A stretch of 64,000 nt of DNA from an uncultured delta proteobacterium (GTDB taxonomy: Bacteria; Desulfobacterota; WTBG01): NCBI GenBank assembly GCA_963793865.1, contig CAWCBP010000008.1, forward strand, positions 64,001 through 128,000, given 5' to 3'. A program made the position numbers and the translations under genes. Below the pieces are notes generated by a model. It did no database searches and was not told the origin of the DNA. It saw only the letters and a program-made list of their open reading frames with translations. Below are positions 8,279 through 17,262 of the stretch, piece after piece. Numbering within the stretch: the first letter of the stretch is position 1; the number at the start of each line of letters is the position of its first letter.

Positions 8279-10195
8279 TTGATATGTGCTCTGGCCCTGT
8301 TTGTTGCCCTGTTGGCCGGGCAGGCGCTTGCTCAATATTCCGGTTCCTATAACGCCGGCGCGGCTACCATGACCTTGCAAACCGGTGCATGCCAAACGAG
8401 AACGGTAAGCCTTGACGGCAGTGGCTTCGGTACTTCACCATTGGTGTCGGGCGGTTTTCTTTTGACCAATTCCAACGAAGCCGCGGTGGATATTACCGCC
8501 TGTCAGTGCTATGATGGTGAATTGACCCCGGCCGTGTGGGATGCAGGTTCATTGAAGGTGTTCGATCCCACCGGGTTTTCCGGTGGTGTATTTGTTGCAG
8601 CTTCTAATTTGGGCGCAGGTGTCACCACGTCAGCCAGCATACTGGTTTGCGATGTAACCATCTGTGGTGTAGGCGCCGGTACTGCTACAATTGTCATTGA
8701 CACTGTTCCGGATTTTGATACTTGGGTTGCCCAGGATGCCACCGTCTATGATCCTTATATTGATCCGGCTGTCATTGCGGTGGCCAGTATTCCAATGCCG
8801 TGTGAATGCAATATTACGGGACCTTCGGTAATAATGGCAAGCGGAACCGAGGAAGTGACGGTGCAGTACACGGCTAACGGCAATATAGCATGCATGAATC
8901 CGCCGGTTTATGACTGGGGAATCGACTGTAACAGTACATCAGCTGCCATTGACGACACCGGTTTGGTAACCATTCCGGCAACCACAATACCATATGATAC
9001 CTGCACCATAACGGTAACCGACACAGCCAACACGGACATTAATACCGGTTACCCGATTACCTGCTCCTATGAAGTGGAACTAGTGGAAATTTATGGGGGG
9101 TTCATCAGTATAGAGATCGCCCTGGGCAGGGCATGTCCCGGCGAATCGATTGACGACCCGGCTTACAACAGGCCCGGGAGACGTGGTCTTGCCGCTACAT
9201 GTAACGAAGTTATTGACTTTACCGTCTGCAGTGCCAGCGCTGATCCAAATTGGTCCGGGGACTGCCTGGTATGGACAATCGAACCGAACCTGACAGGCGC
9301 AACAATTATCCAGATCGATGATTGCTGCTGGAGACTTATTGCCGGCGATACCTGTGACCTGCAAGAGAAGACCTTCACCGAAGTTGTCACGGTAACCGAC
9401 ACCTGCATGATGGGCACCGACAGTGTCGAGATTGAATTCGGCAAGGTGATTATTGACATCGGCGACACCAACATTCAGCCCAACAGCGAGTCCGGACTGG
9501 TCGACATCAGCATGACCAACCTGGATCACTCTGTGCGCGCCATCAGCCTGGACATCGCAGAGTGCGATCCTTTAAAAGAAGACAGCCTGGTATGCACGCA
9601 GTGTGTAGTTGATCCTGACCGTACACTCGAATTCACCTGTTCGGCCAACGAGCAGGCGGACGGAAGCTGCAGAGTGGTCCTGTACTCAACCGACCCGGCA
9701 GCGGTTATCGCGCAGGGCAGAGGCCCCATTGCCCAGATCGTGTACTCGGCACAGGGCGAGCTTGATGTGTGCGGTTCCGAGGCCTGTATCGATCTGTGCG
9801 CGATCAACATCAGCGTATCCGATCAGTTCAACGAAGATCTGTGCACCTGTGCGAGTGCCGGTGAAGTGTGCTTCACCACCTGCGGTGATATTTATCCCCA
9901 GGACTGCATCGGCGGCACCTGCGGCGCTCTGACCTGCTGCGGTGATGGCGTGATCGACCTCTTCGATATCCTCGAGGCGGTTGACATCATCCTGAACCTG
10001 CAGATCGCCACGGACTGCCAGCTCGCAAACGGTGATGTGCCCAACGGTATGCCGCCCTACTGCGGTAATCCTCCGGGGACACCCAACTGTCAGGGTGACG
10101 GCGACATCGATATCTTTGATGTGCTGGTCATGATTGACAAGGCCCTTGGTAAGATGAACTGCTGCGATTACTGCCTGTACGGTAAGATTTTTTAA
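8279..10195 (+). CDS. Secreted Cys-rich protein with cohesin-like domains and a C-terminal dockerin-like (duplicated Ca-binding) module, copy 1
   Basis: Signal peptide ending AQA/ALA-Q; about 40 Cys; GDGVIDLFDIL and GDGDIDIFDVL repeats; natural ATG at 8260 is 1 nt out of frame. Confidence 0.7.
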   Translation: MICALALFVALLAGQALAQYSGSYNAGAATMTLQTGACQTRTVSLDGSGFGTSPLVSGGFLLTNSNEAAVDITACQCYDGELTPAVWDAGSLKVFDPTGFSGGVFVAASNLGAGVTTSASILVCDVTICGVGAGTATIVIDTVPDFDTWVAQDATVYDPYIDPAVIAVASIPMPCECNITGPSVIMASGTEEVTVQYTANGNIACMNPPVYDWGIDCNSTSAAIDDTGLVTIPATTIPYDTCTITVTDTANTDINTGYPITCSYEVELVEIYGGFISIEIALGRACPGESIDDPAYNRPGRRGLAATCNEVIDFTVCSASADPNWSGDCLVWTIEPNLTGATIIQIDDCCWRLIAGDTCDLQEKTFTEVVTVTDTCMMGTDSVEIEFGKVIIDIGDTNIQPNSESGLVDISMTNLDHSVRAISLDIAECDPLKEDSLVCTQCVVDPDRTLEFTCSANEQADGSCRVVLYSTDPAAVIAQGRGPIAQIVYSAQGELDVCGSEACIDLCAINISVSDQFNEDLCTCASAGEVCFTTCGDIYPQDCIGGTCGALTCCGDGVIDLFDILEAVDIILNLQIATDCQLANGDVPNGMPPYCGNPPGTPNCQGDGDIDIFDVLVMIDKALGKMNCCDYCLYGKIF

Positions 10196-10316
10196 GAAAA
10201 CCGGTGAATGAGACGTGTTTTTAGAATTCATGCTATTGCTATAGATATGCAACAAGGAGAGGATTAGGGTCTCAGCTGATAGCAAAAAGGCCAATAATTA
10301 CAGGAGGAAAACGAGG

Positions 10317-12218
10317 ATGAGGAAAATGATTTTTATTGCGATACTGGCCATGGTTGTCGCCCTGCCGGCCGGACAGGCGGTTGCTCAATTTTCCGGTTCC
10401 TACAACGCCGGGGCGCCCGCTATGAATTTATCGGTAGGGTCATGTGAAACAAGAGCGGTGAGCGTTGATGGAAGCACCTGGGGGACATCACGGCTTGTTT
10501 CGGGCGGCACGCTTATAACGCTTTCCGACATCACCAAGGTTACAATTGGCAATGTAGCCTGCTATGACGGGGAGTTAACACCCGTGGTCTGGGACGCGGG
10601 CTCACTCAAGGTTCCCGATCCTGACGGCTATCCCGGCGGTTACTTTGTTGCCGCCAGTAATCTTGGGGCAGGTGTGACCCCGTCGAGCAACATATTGCTT
10701 TGTGATGTGCAGTTCTGCGGTACGGTACCGGGCAGTTCCACGGTTACCATTGACTCTGTGCCTGACTTTGATACCTGGGTGAACCAGATTGGCACCGTCT
10801 TCGATCCTTATATAGATCCGGCTGTCATAGCGGTGACCGTCACCGGACCGGCATGTGAATGCGATATTACCGGGCCGGCGGAAGTAGCGGCAGATGATAG
10901 TAACCCGGTTACCGCGCAATATACCGCGGCCGGAAATGCGAATTGCACCAATCCGCCGGCGTATGTATGGTCTGACAACTGCGCGCTGGGAGAGGTGGAC
11001 CAGACAGGCCTTTTATCCGTACCGGCTACCACGGTGGGCGAAACCTGCACCATAACCGTAACTGACACCGCCAATGTGGACGTCAACACCGGCGAGCAGG
11101 TGAGCTGCAGCACCGGTATAAAAATTACCGGCGGATCACCACCCTCCGCCTGTGACGTCGAGATAGCCCTGGGACGGATGTGTCCCGGGGAAGAAATAGA
11201 TGATCCGGCTTACAACCGGCCGGGGAGGCGGGGGCTGGCGGCCACCTGCGACGACGTGATAGACTTTACCGTCTGCTCTGACTGCGTTCCCTTCAATCCG
11301 GGTTGTCTGGTATGGTCAGTTGATCCGGCCGCCGCATTCTTGAGCATTGCCCAGATCGACACCTGCTGCTGGAGACTGACCATTGGCGACAGTTGCGATC
11401 AGCTCGATAAGATTGCAGAATATGAAGTGACGGTAACCGATACCTGCACCGGCGGTTCTGACAGCGTGGTGATCCAGATCGGCAAGGTGATTATTGATGT
11501 GGGTGACACCACCATTCAGCCCGAAACAGAGTCTGCAACGGTTGATATCAACCTGATTAACCCCAATCACCACGTGCGCGCCATTGCCGCCGACATCCAG
11601 GAGTGCACGGGCGGCGAGGACAATTTGGAATGCACCGCGTGCCTGATCGATCCGGACCGTGCGCTTGATTTTACCTGTTCGGCCAACGAGCAACCTGATG
11701 GAAGCTGCAGGATAGTGCTCTATTCCACCAATCCGGCCGCCCTCATTTTGCAGGGAAGGGGACCGGTTGCCCAGGTGGTGTATCAGGCGGGTGATGCAAA
11801 GGTGGGTGATTGTGTCTGTCTCATGCCGGTCGATATCCTGATGTCGGATCAGTTTAACGAAGGCCTGTGTGCCTGTCAGCTCCCGGGGGAGGTGTGCTTC
11901 AAGACCTGCGGCGACATTTATCCCCAGGATTGTCTGGGCGGTCCCTGCGCTGACACGGATTGCGGCGACGGCATGGTTGATATACTGGACATTCTGGAAG
12001 GGCTTGACATAGTTCTTGGACTGCAGACGGCGACGGCGTGCCAGATTGACAACGGGGATGTGCCCAACGGGGTACCTCCCTACTGCGGTAATCCACCCGG
12101 AACGCCCAACTGCGAAGGAGACGGTGATATTGATATTTTTGATGTTTTAGTGATGATTGACAAGGCCCTGGGCAAGATGAACTGCTGCGACTACTGCCTG
12201 TTCGGTGACATTTTTTAA
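10317..12218 (+). CDS. Secreted Cys-rich cohesin/dockerin-like protein, copy 2 (full-length paralog)
   Basis: AGGAGG RBS, signal peptide, colinear with copy 1, near-identical C-terminus ...MIDKALGKMNCCDYCL. Confidence 0.75.
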   Translation: MRKMIFIAILAMVVALPAGQAVAQFSGSYNAGAPAMNLSVGSCETRAVSVDGSTWGTSRLVSGGTLITLSDITKVTIGNVACYDGELTPVVWDAGSLKVPDPDGYPGGYFVAASNLGAGVTPSSNILLCDVQFCGTVPGSSTVTIDSVPDFDTWVNQIGTVFDPYIDPAVIAVTVTGPACECDITGPAEVAADDSNPVTAQYTAAGNANCTNPPAYVWSDNCALGEVDQTGLLSVPATTVGETCTITVTDTANVDVNTGEQVSCSTGIKITGGSPPSACDVEIALGRMCPGEEIDDPAYNRPGRRGLAATCDDVIDFTVCSDCVPFNPGCLVWSVDPAAAFLSIAQIDTCCWRLTIGDSCDQLDKIAEYEVTVTDTCTGGSDSVVIQIGKVIIDVGDTTIQPETESATVDINLINPNHHVRAIAADIQECTGGEDNLECTACLIDPDRALDFTCSANEQPDGSCRIVLYSTNPAALILQGRGPVAQVVYQAGDAKVGDCVCLMPVDILMSDQFNEGLCACQLPGEVCFKTCGDIYPQDCLGGPCADTDCGDGMVDILDILEGLDIVLGLQTATACQIDNGDVPNGVPPYCGNPPGTPNCEGDGDIDIFDVLVMIDKALGKMNCCDYCLFGDIF

Positions 12219-12251
12219 GAAAAATGCCTGGATGGATTGTTTGAAAAATGC

Positions 12252-12286
12252 AAAACCCCCGGTTAGCAGTACCGGGGGTTTTTTTA
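12252..12286 (+). terminator. Rho-independent terminator
   Basis: AAAACCCCCGGT/ACCGGGGGTTTT stem plus T tract. Confidence 0.85.
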
Positions 12287-12430
12287 TGAGAGCAAGCATC
12301 CTCCCTGGCACAACGGTCCACCGGCCTGGAAACATTGTTTGCCCTTTCTCTTGGTTGTGCCCGGGCGGAATGTGTTATTATTAATTGGCGGTCATAACAG
12401 CACAGCAACTTTCTTGACGGGTTTACATTT

Positions 12431-13705
12431 ATGAAAGTTCTACTTATTTCTGTTAACACATATCCGGTTAACATGCCTACCCTGCCGCTGGGGCTGGCCT
12501 GCGTTGCCGCGGCCACACAAAGGGCGGGTCACCAAGTGAAGCTCATTGATCTCACCTCGCCGGAAAGCTGGCCTGCGGTGCTTGAGAGATCCGTCGGGGA
12601 TTTTCAACCCGACATGGTGGGTATTTCAGTAAGGAACATTGACGACCAGGCAAGGCCTGCAACTCAGTTTTTGCTGGCCCGGGTAAAACAGGTTGTAGAC
12701 AAATGCAGAACGCTCACAAGGGCGCCTGTTGTCACAGGAGGTGCGGGTTACAGCATCTATCCTGAAAGCGTACTTGCCTACCTCGGCGCCGATATGGGCA
12801 TAAGAGGAGAGGGGGAATCTGCATTTCCCGCACTCCTTGATTGCATTCAGCATGGACGGAACGTCGCTGATGTTCCGGGTGTCTATTTGCCCGGGAGGAG
12901 GAAATCAGTCAGAAACCGCTTCGAAGCAAATCTGGACAATCTTCCTTTTCCTGACGAACGGCTCTGGCTTGCGTCTGAACTTGCTGCAGAGGATGTTTGG
13001 ATTCCGGTACAGACCAGGCGCGGATGCCCCATGGACTGCAGCTACTGTTCAACCGCCGCTATTGAGGGAAGGGCCCGCAGGGCCCATTCACCGGCGTCTG
13101 TGATTGATATGATTGAACATCATGTAAAGGCGGGGTTCAATAAATTCTACTTCACTGATAATACCTTTAACATTCCTTCGGTTTATGCGGGAGAGCTCTG
13201 CAAACGCATACGTGCATCGGGGATTAACATTACCTGGATGTGCATACTCTATCCCTGGGAAATGGAGGAAGCGCTGGTCAGCGATATGGCGCAGGCCGGA
13301 TGCCGGGAAGTGAGCCTCGGTTTTGAAAGCGGAAACACTGAGATGCTTTATCGCATGAATAAGAAATTTGATGTGCATGCGGTACGCAGGACCTCCCTCC
13401 TTTTGAATCGGTACGGAATCCGTCAGACAGGATTTTTACTGCTGGGGGGGCCGGGCGAATCGCGTTCGTCGGTTGCAGAGAGTCTCGCCTTTGCAGATTC
13501 GCTGCCGCTGGACACAGTAAAACTAACCGCAGGCATCCGCATGTATCCCCACACTCAGCTGGCGCGCCTGGCCCGTGCAGAGCGCATTATCGAACCTGAT
13601 GATGACCTGCTGTACCCGCGTTTTTACCTGGCGGAGGGGCTTGAGGGGTGGCTGGATGAAACGGTGGCAGAGTGGATGAGCACTCGTCCGCACTGGATAC
13701 AGTAA
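12431..13705 (+). CDS. B12-binding radical SAM protein
   Basis: N-terminal cobalamin domain (PLGLA, GIS), RGCPMDCSYC motif, GFESG. Confidence 0.9.
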   Translation: MKVLLISVNTYPVNMPTLPLGLACVAAATQRAGHQVKLIDLTSPESWPAVLERSVGDFQPDMVGISVRNIDDQARPATQFLLARVKQVVDKCRTLTRAPVVTGGAGYSIYPESVLAYLGADMGIRGEGESAFPALLDCIQHGRNVADVPGVYLPGRRKSVRNRFEANLDNLPFPDERLWLASELAAEDVWIPVQTRRGCPMDCSYCSTAAIEGRARRAHSPASVIDMIEHHVKAGFNKFYFTDNTFNIPSVYAGELCKRIRASGINITWMCILYPWEMEEALVSDMAQAGCREVSLGFESGNTEMLYRMNKKFDVHAVRRTSLLLNRYGIRQTGFLLLGGPGESRSSVAESLAFADSLPLDTVKLTAGIRMYPHTQLARLARAERIIEPDDDLLYPRFYLAEGLEGWLDETVAEWMSTRPHWIQ

Positions 13706-13710
13706 TCAGG

Positions 13711-15375
13711 CTAGGTGGAATTCCTTCTTAATACGACGACAGCGTTTGCTTGCGGTCGGTAGTTTTGCGCCTGGTCATCCCAAAAGTACTTCGTTTCGCG
13801 TGGAGAGACGATATCAATAATTCCGGCCACCGTATAGTGCGTTTTGTAATGCTCAAACCAATCGAACAGCGCCGTTTCCGAGTCTTCCCGTCTCAGCCAC
13901 GAAATCGGGATTTTTACAAAAATAAGATACTCCGGTTTGTTGCGTTCTATTTCTTGTATCATTTCCTGCTGCATGGTCAATGCGTACTTATGATTTTCCA
14001 TGAGGCTGTACATGTAAATATAGCTGGTTGCAGAGCGTCTATTCGCATAAAAGTAAATCTGGGGTTCGGAGCCGAGCACGGCAATAGTGCTATCCGGAGC
14101 CGAGTTGCTTCGTATGTAGTCAGCAATAGCTGTGGACTCGGGAAAGGGGTTGGGGAAATATATAGATCTGCAGGCCATGGCAGGACTTAAGGTGAAGAAG
14201 AATAATCTCTGGGAAAAAACACCATGGGAAAAGCATATGAGAAATAAAAGCAGAGGGATGAACTGAAATGTTTTCAAATCAATAACACGCGTCTGAACAT
14301 ACTTCATGGTAATTCCTGCAAACAGTGCAATTGCAGGAAGCACCAGAACAAAATAATGTTCACGGAAGTAGAGCCCCGGGCACACAGCGAGAAAGGAAAA
14401 GAGTAAGAATCCATACATAAATAGCGACCGAGATTTTAACTTCGCTTTCCAAAAGACAATGATCATTCCCATGCCGGCGAGGATCCATAGCAGGTAAAAG
14501 CCATTAATAATACGAGGCATCTGCTTGAGAAAAAGAGCAAAACCCCCGGATAGGGACTGAAGAGATGAATAGCGGGCCGCATAGAGAATAGTCCAGAACC
14601 AGAATTTTTGAAAAACTCCCAGCGCATACATCGTGATGCATGTAAATAGGTAAGGAATCAACAAGCCGGCTATAAATACAAGCGTTCTTATGACAAGGAA
14701 TCTTGTCAGCGTGCGTGTTTTGTGTATCTGAAAACCTATCAAGTAACATAAGGCGAAGCAACCAAAGAATATGCCCGGCTGTTTGATTATGAAGGCAACT
14801 CCAAAAAGAATCCCGCTCATAAAAATAGGGATTGCTCTATCACGCTCTAGTGCCTTCAGCAGGAGCACTATTCCCCCCAGTGCCGGCAACAGCACGAAAT
14901 GGGTAGCATGTGCGGATGTTCCCAGCACACTGGGACTAAGGGAGAGAATGCCGTAGGTGGCGCAGGCGACTGCTCCACTGAAATCATCAAAAAGTCGGCG
15001 TGCCAATAAGAATACCAGGAGCATGGTGCATACATTTACAAGCAGGAGACCAAGATGAATGCCTTCAATGGTCTGACCAAATACGGCCATAAGCAGGGCA
15101 TAAGCAGCATAGGTCCCCGGCAATTTCATGTTTGCGGCAAGAGAGTACGGCGGGATGCCCTGAAGCATCAACTGGCCCATGTAGGCAAATTCACCTTCAT
15201 CGCGCTCGAGGGGAATGCTCAGGAGCCTGATACGAATTGCAGCTACAAGTAGAATGGCTGCAAAAACCAGCGCCCAGGCGATTAAGCGGTAATATCGATC
15301 AGGTTTGTATTGCAGGCCTGATGCTGCATGCTGTTGTGATGCTTTCTCTTTCTTTTGTTTTCTTTGTTTTGACAT
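13711..15375 (-). CDS. GT39/ArnT-like (GT-C) membrane glycosyltransferase
   Basis: PLERDEGEFAY acidic loop after TM1, K-PG motif, many TM helices, HY motif. Confidence 0.8.
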   Translation of the reverse strand: MSKQRKQKKEKASQQHAASGLQYKPDRYYRLIAWALVFAAILLVAAIRIRLLSIPLERDEGEFAYMGQLMLQGIPPYSLAANMKLPGTYAAYALLMAVFGQTIEGIHLGLLLVNVCTMLLVFLLARRLFDDFSGAVACATYGILSLSPSVLGTSAHATHFVLLPALGGIVLLLKALERDRAIPIFMSGILFGVAFIIKQPGIFFGCFALCYLIGFQIHKTRTLTRFLVIRTLVFIAGLLIPYLFTCITMYALGVFQKFWFWTILYAARYSSLQSLSGGFALFLKQMPRIINGFYLLWILAGMGMIIVFWKAKLKSRSLFMYGFLLFSFLAVCPGLYFREHYFVLVLPAIALFAGITMKYVQTRVIDLKTFQFIPLLLFLICFSHGVFSQRLFFFTLSPAMACRSIYFPNPFPESTAIADYIRSNSAPDSTIAVLGSEPQIYFYANRRSATSYIYMYSLMENHKYALTMQQEMIQEIERNKPEYLIFVKIPISWLRREDSETALFDWFEHYKTHYTVAGIIDIVSPRETKYFWDDQAQNYRPQANAVVVLRRNST

Positions 15376-15702
15376 GTTCTTATGTTGGAGCCGTGGTGAA
15401 CCACATGGAGGCGTTAATCTCTATGGTTTTAAGCAATCACGATATAAGTCACCGGCTATTGAAGAAAAAATCAATACCTCATTACTATGTCAAACAAAAC
15501 ACCTCGTCAACTTTTATTAGCATTCTTGATGTTCTATAGAGCTTGTAAGAAAATGAAAGATGGGAGCAGACTGAACTGAGAAGCATGCGGACACGAAAGG
15601 TACAAGATTGTCCTTTGCATCCGGCGTGAAGAATGATAAAAAACTCATTCAATGAACATGAGCGACTGCACATTAAATACATAACCACATAGCGGGTGTT
15701 GA

Positions 15703-16314
15703 ATGGACGATCAATCCTATTATCTTGAATATTTGAAAAGGACTTCCCGGTTTCCTCAGTCAATCTATCATAAAGCAAAGCATGAAATAGTGCAGCGACT
15801 TATCCTTTCGATACCTCATGGCTCACGCATTCTTGATGCCGGCTGCGGTGTCGGCCACATAACCGGACCCTATTGTGACAGGTATTCAGTATTCGGCATG
15901 GATGAGCAGTTGTCGGCGGTCAGATATTGCCGGGAACGATGGAACGGTTCGTATGTACATGGAAGCCTTTACAGCATCCCTTTTGAGAGCAACTATTTTG
16001 ACCTGGTTTTCTTTCTCGACACCATCGAACATTTAACCCGTCCCGTCGATGCGCTGAGAGAGTTTGTGCGGATCATGAAGCCCGGCGCAAAGATCCTCAT
16101 CTGTACCATGAATTACGCTAGTCCGCTTTGGTTCATCCTGGAGCACACCTGGCACAGATTCGCAGGTGGAACCTGCAAGCCATACTCAAAAGATGTGCAT
16201 CCCACACCCTATACCGAAAAGCTTCTGCTTGAACACTGCGCAGGACTATTTGAAAAGATCGAGATAGAGAAACGCATAATGCGCATGGAGCTTTTTCTTA
16301 CGGGGAGAAAGTAG
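15703..16314 (+). CDS. Class I SAM-dependent methyltransferase
   Basis: ILDAGCGVG, FDLV...IEH, MKPGA. Confidence 0.88.
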   Translation: MDDQSYYLEYLKRTSRFPQSIYHKAKHEIVQRLILSIPHGSRILDAGCGVGHITGPYCDRYSVFGMDEQLSAVRYCRERWNGSYVHGSLYSIPFESNYFDLVFFLDTIEHLTRPVDALREFVRIMKPGAKILICTMNYASPLWFILEHTWHRFAGGTCKPYSKDVHPTPYTEKLLLEHCAGLFEKIEIEKRIMRMELFLTGRK

Positions 16315-16326
16315 CGGGATAAATGC

Positions 16327-17244
16327 ATGATATGCGCCCACGATAACAAGAAAAAAATCTACGAATTCGATTCCACCTCTGTGTGGCAATGCGCCGACTG
16401 CGCCATCATATTCAGCGATAAGTGCCGGGAACCCTTTGATTCAAAGGAGCTCTACAATTCATATTATTATAAGAATGAAATGGCCGGCAGGTTCAACCGC
16501 TGGATAGAACTGGTTGTAAAGTCCTTCCGCTTTTTCCGTGCCTTCAAGGTTTTTACCATTGCCCCCCGCGCACGGCGCATCCTGGACATCGGCAGCGGAC
16601 GGGGCTTCATGCTGTACTATCTAAAAAATTTCTACCATTACACCAGAACAGCAGGGACACAGATATCCAGAAGTGCCTTTGAATTTTCACGGGATGAACT
16701 CGGTCTTGAAATGTATGACAAAGATCTTCTCGAATTAGATTTGCCTGATTCTTCCTTTGACATGGTGACCTTGTGGCATGTCTTTGAACACATAAAGGAG
16801 CCCGACCGCTACTTGGCAAAGATCAGGAATATCCTCACCCAAAAAGGAAAGCTGGTGATCGAAGTGCCGAACTTTGGCTCGTGGACAAGAAAACTTACCG
16901 GCCGCTACTGGCTCGGTCTGGACATAGATTATCATATTTACTTTTTTACTCCCGAAACACTATGCATGCTGCTTAAAAAATACGGGTTTAAAATCAAGCT
17001 GGTTCATACCTTCTCCCTGGAATACTCAACCTTCATATCGGCGCAGAGCATCATCAGCTGGCTGACGCGTTCAGACCATTTCTTTTTCCGCTATCTGCAG
17101 GTCGAAAAAAACATGAAGATGAACCTTAAGGCTTTCGGACACATGCTGCTTTTTCTCTTAATCAGCCCATTTTGTTTTTTGGTAAATATGCTTTTATTTT
17201 TTTCCAAAAAAGGCGAGGTCCTGCTCGTCATCGCTCAAAAATAG
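16327..17244 (+). CDS. Class I SAM-dependent methyltransferase
   Basis: CADC knuckle, ILDIGSGRG, WHVFEH, EVPN. Confidence 0.88.
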   Translation: MICAHDNKKKIYEFDSTSVWQCADCAIIFSDKCREPFDSKELYNSYYYKNEMAGRFNRWIELVVKSFRFFRAFKVFTIAPRARRILDIGSGRGFMLYYLKNFYHYTRTAGTQISRSAFEFSRDELGLEMYDKDLLELDLPDSSFDMVTLWHVFEHIKEPDRYLAKIRNILTQKGKLVIEVPNFGSWTRKLTGRYWLGLDIDYHIYFFTPETLCMLLKKYGFKIKLVHTFSLEYSTFISAQSIISWLTRSDHFFFRYLQVEKNMKMNLKAFGHMLLFLLISPFCFLVNMLLFFSKKGEVLLVIAQK

Positions 17245-17262
17245 TATTGTACAGGATGGAAT

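Noticed and set aside
8279..12218. Multiheme cytochromes or Fe-S proteins
   Set aside because: No CxxCH motifs; Sec-type signal and paired Cys suggest disulfides.
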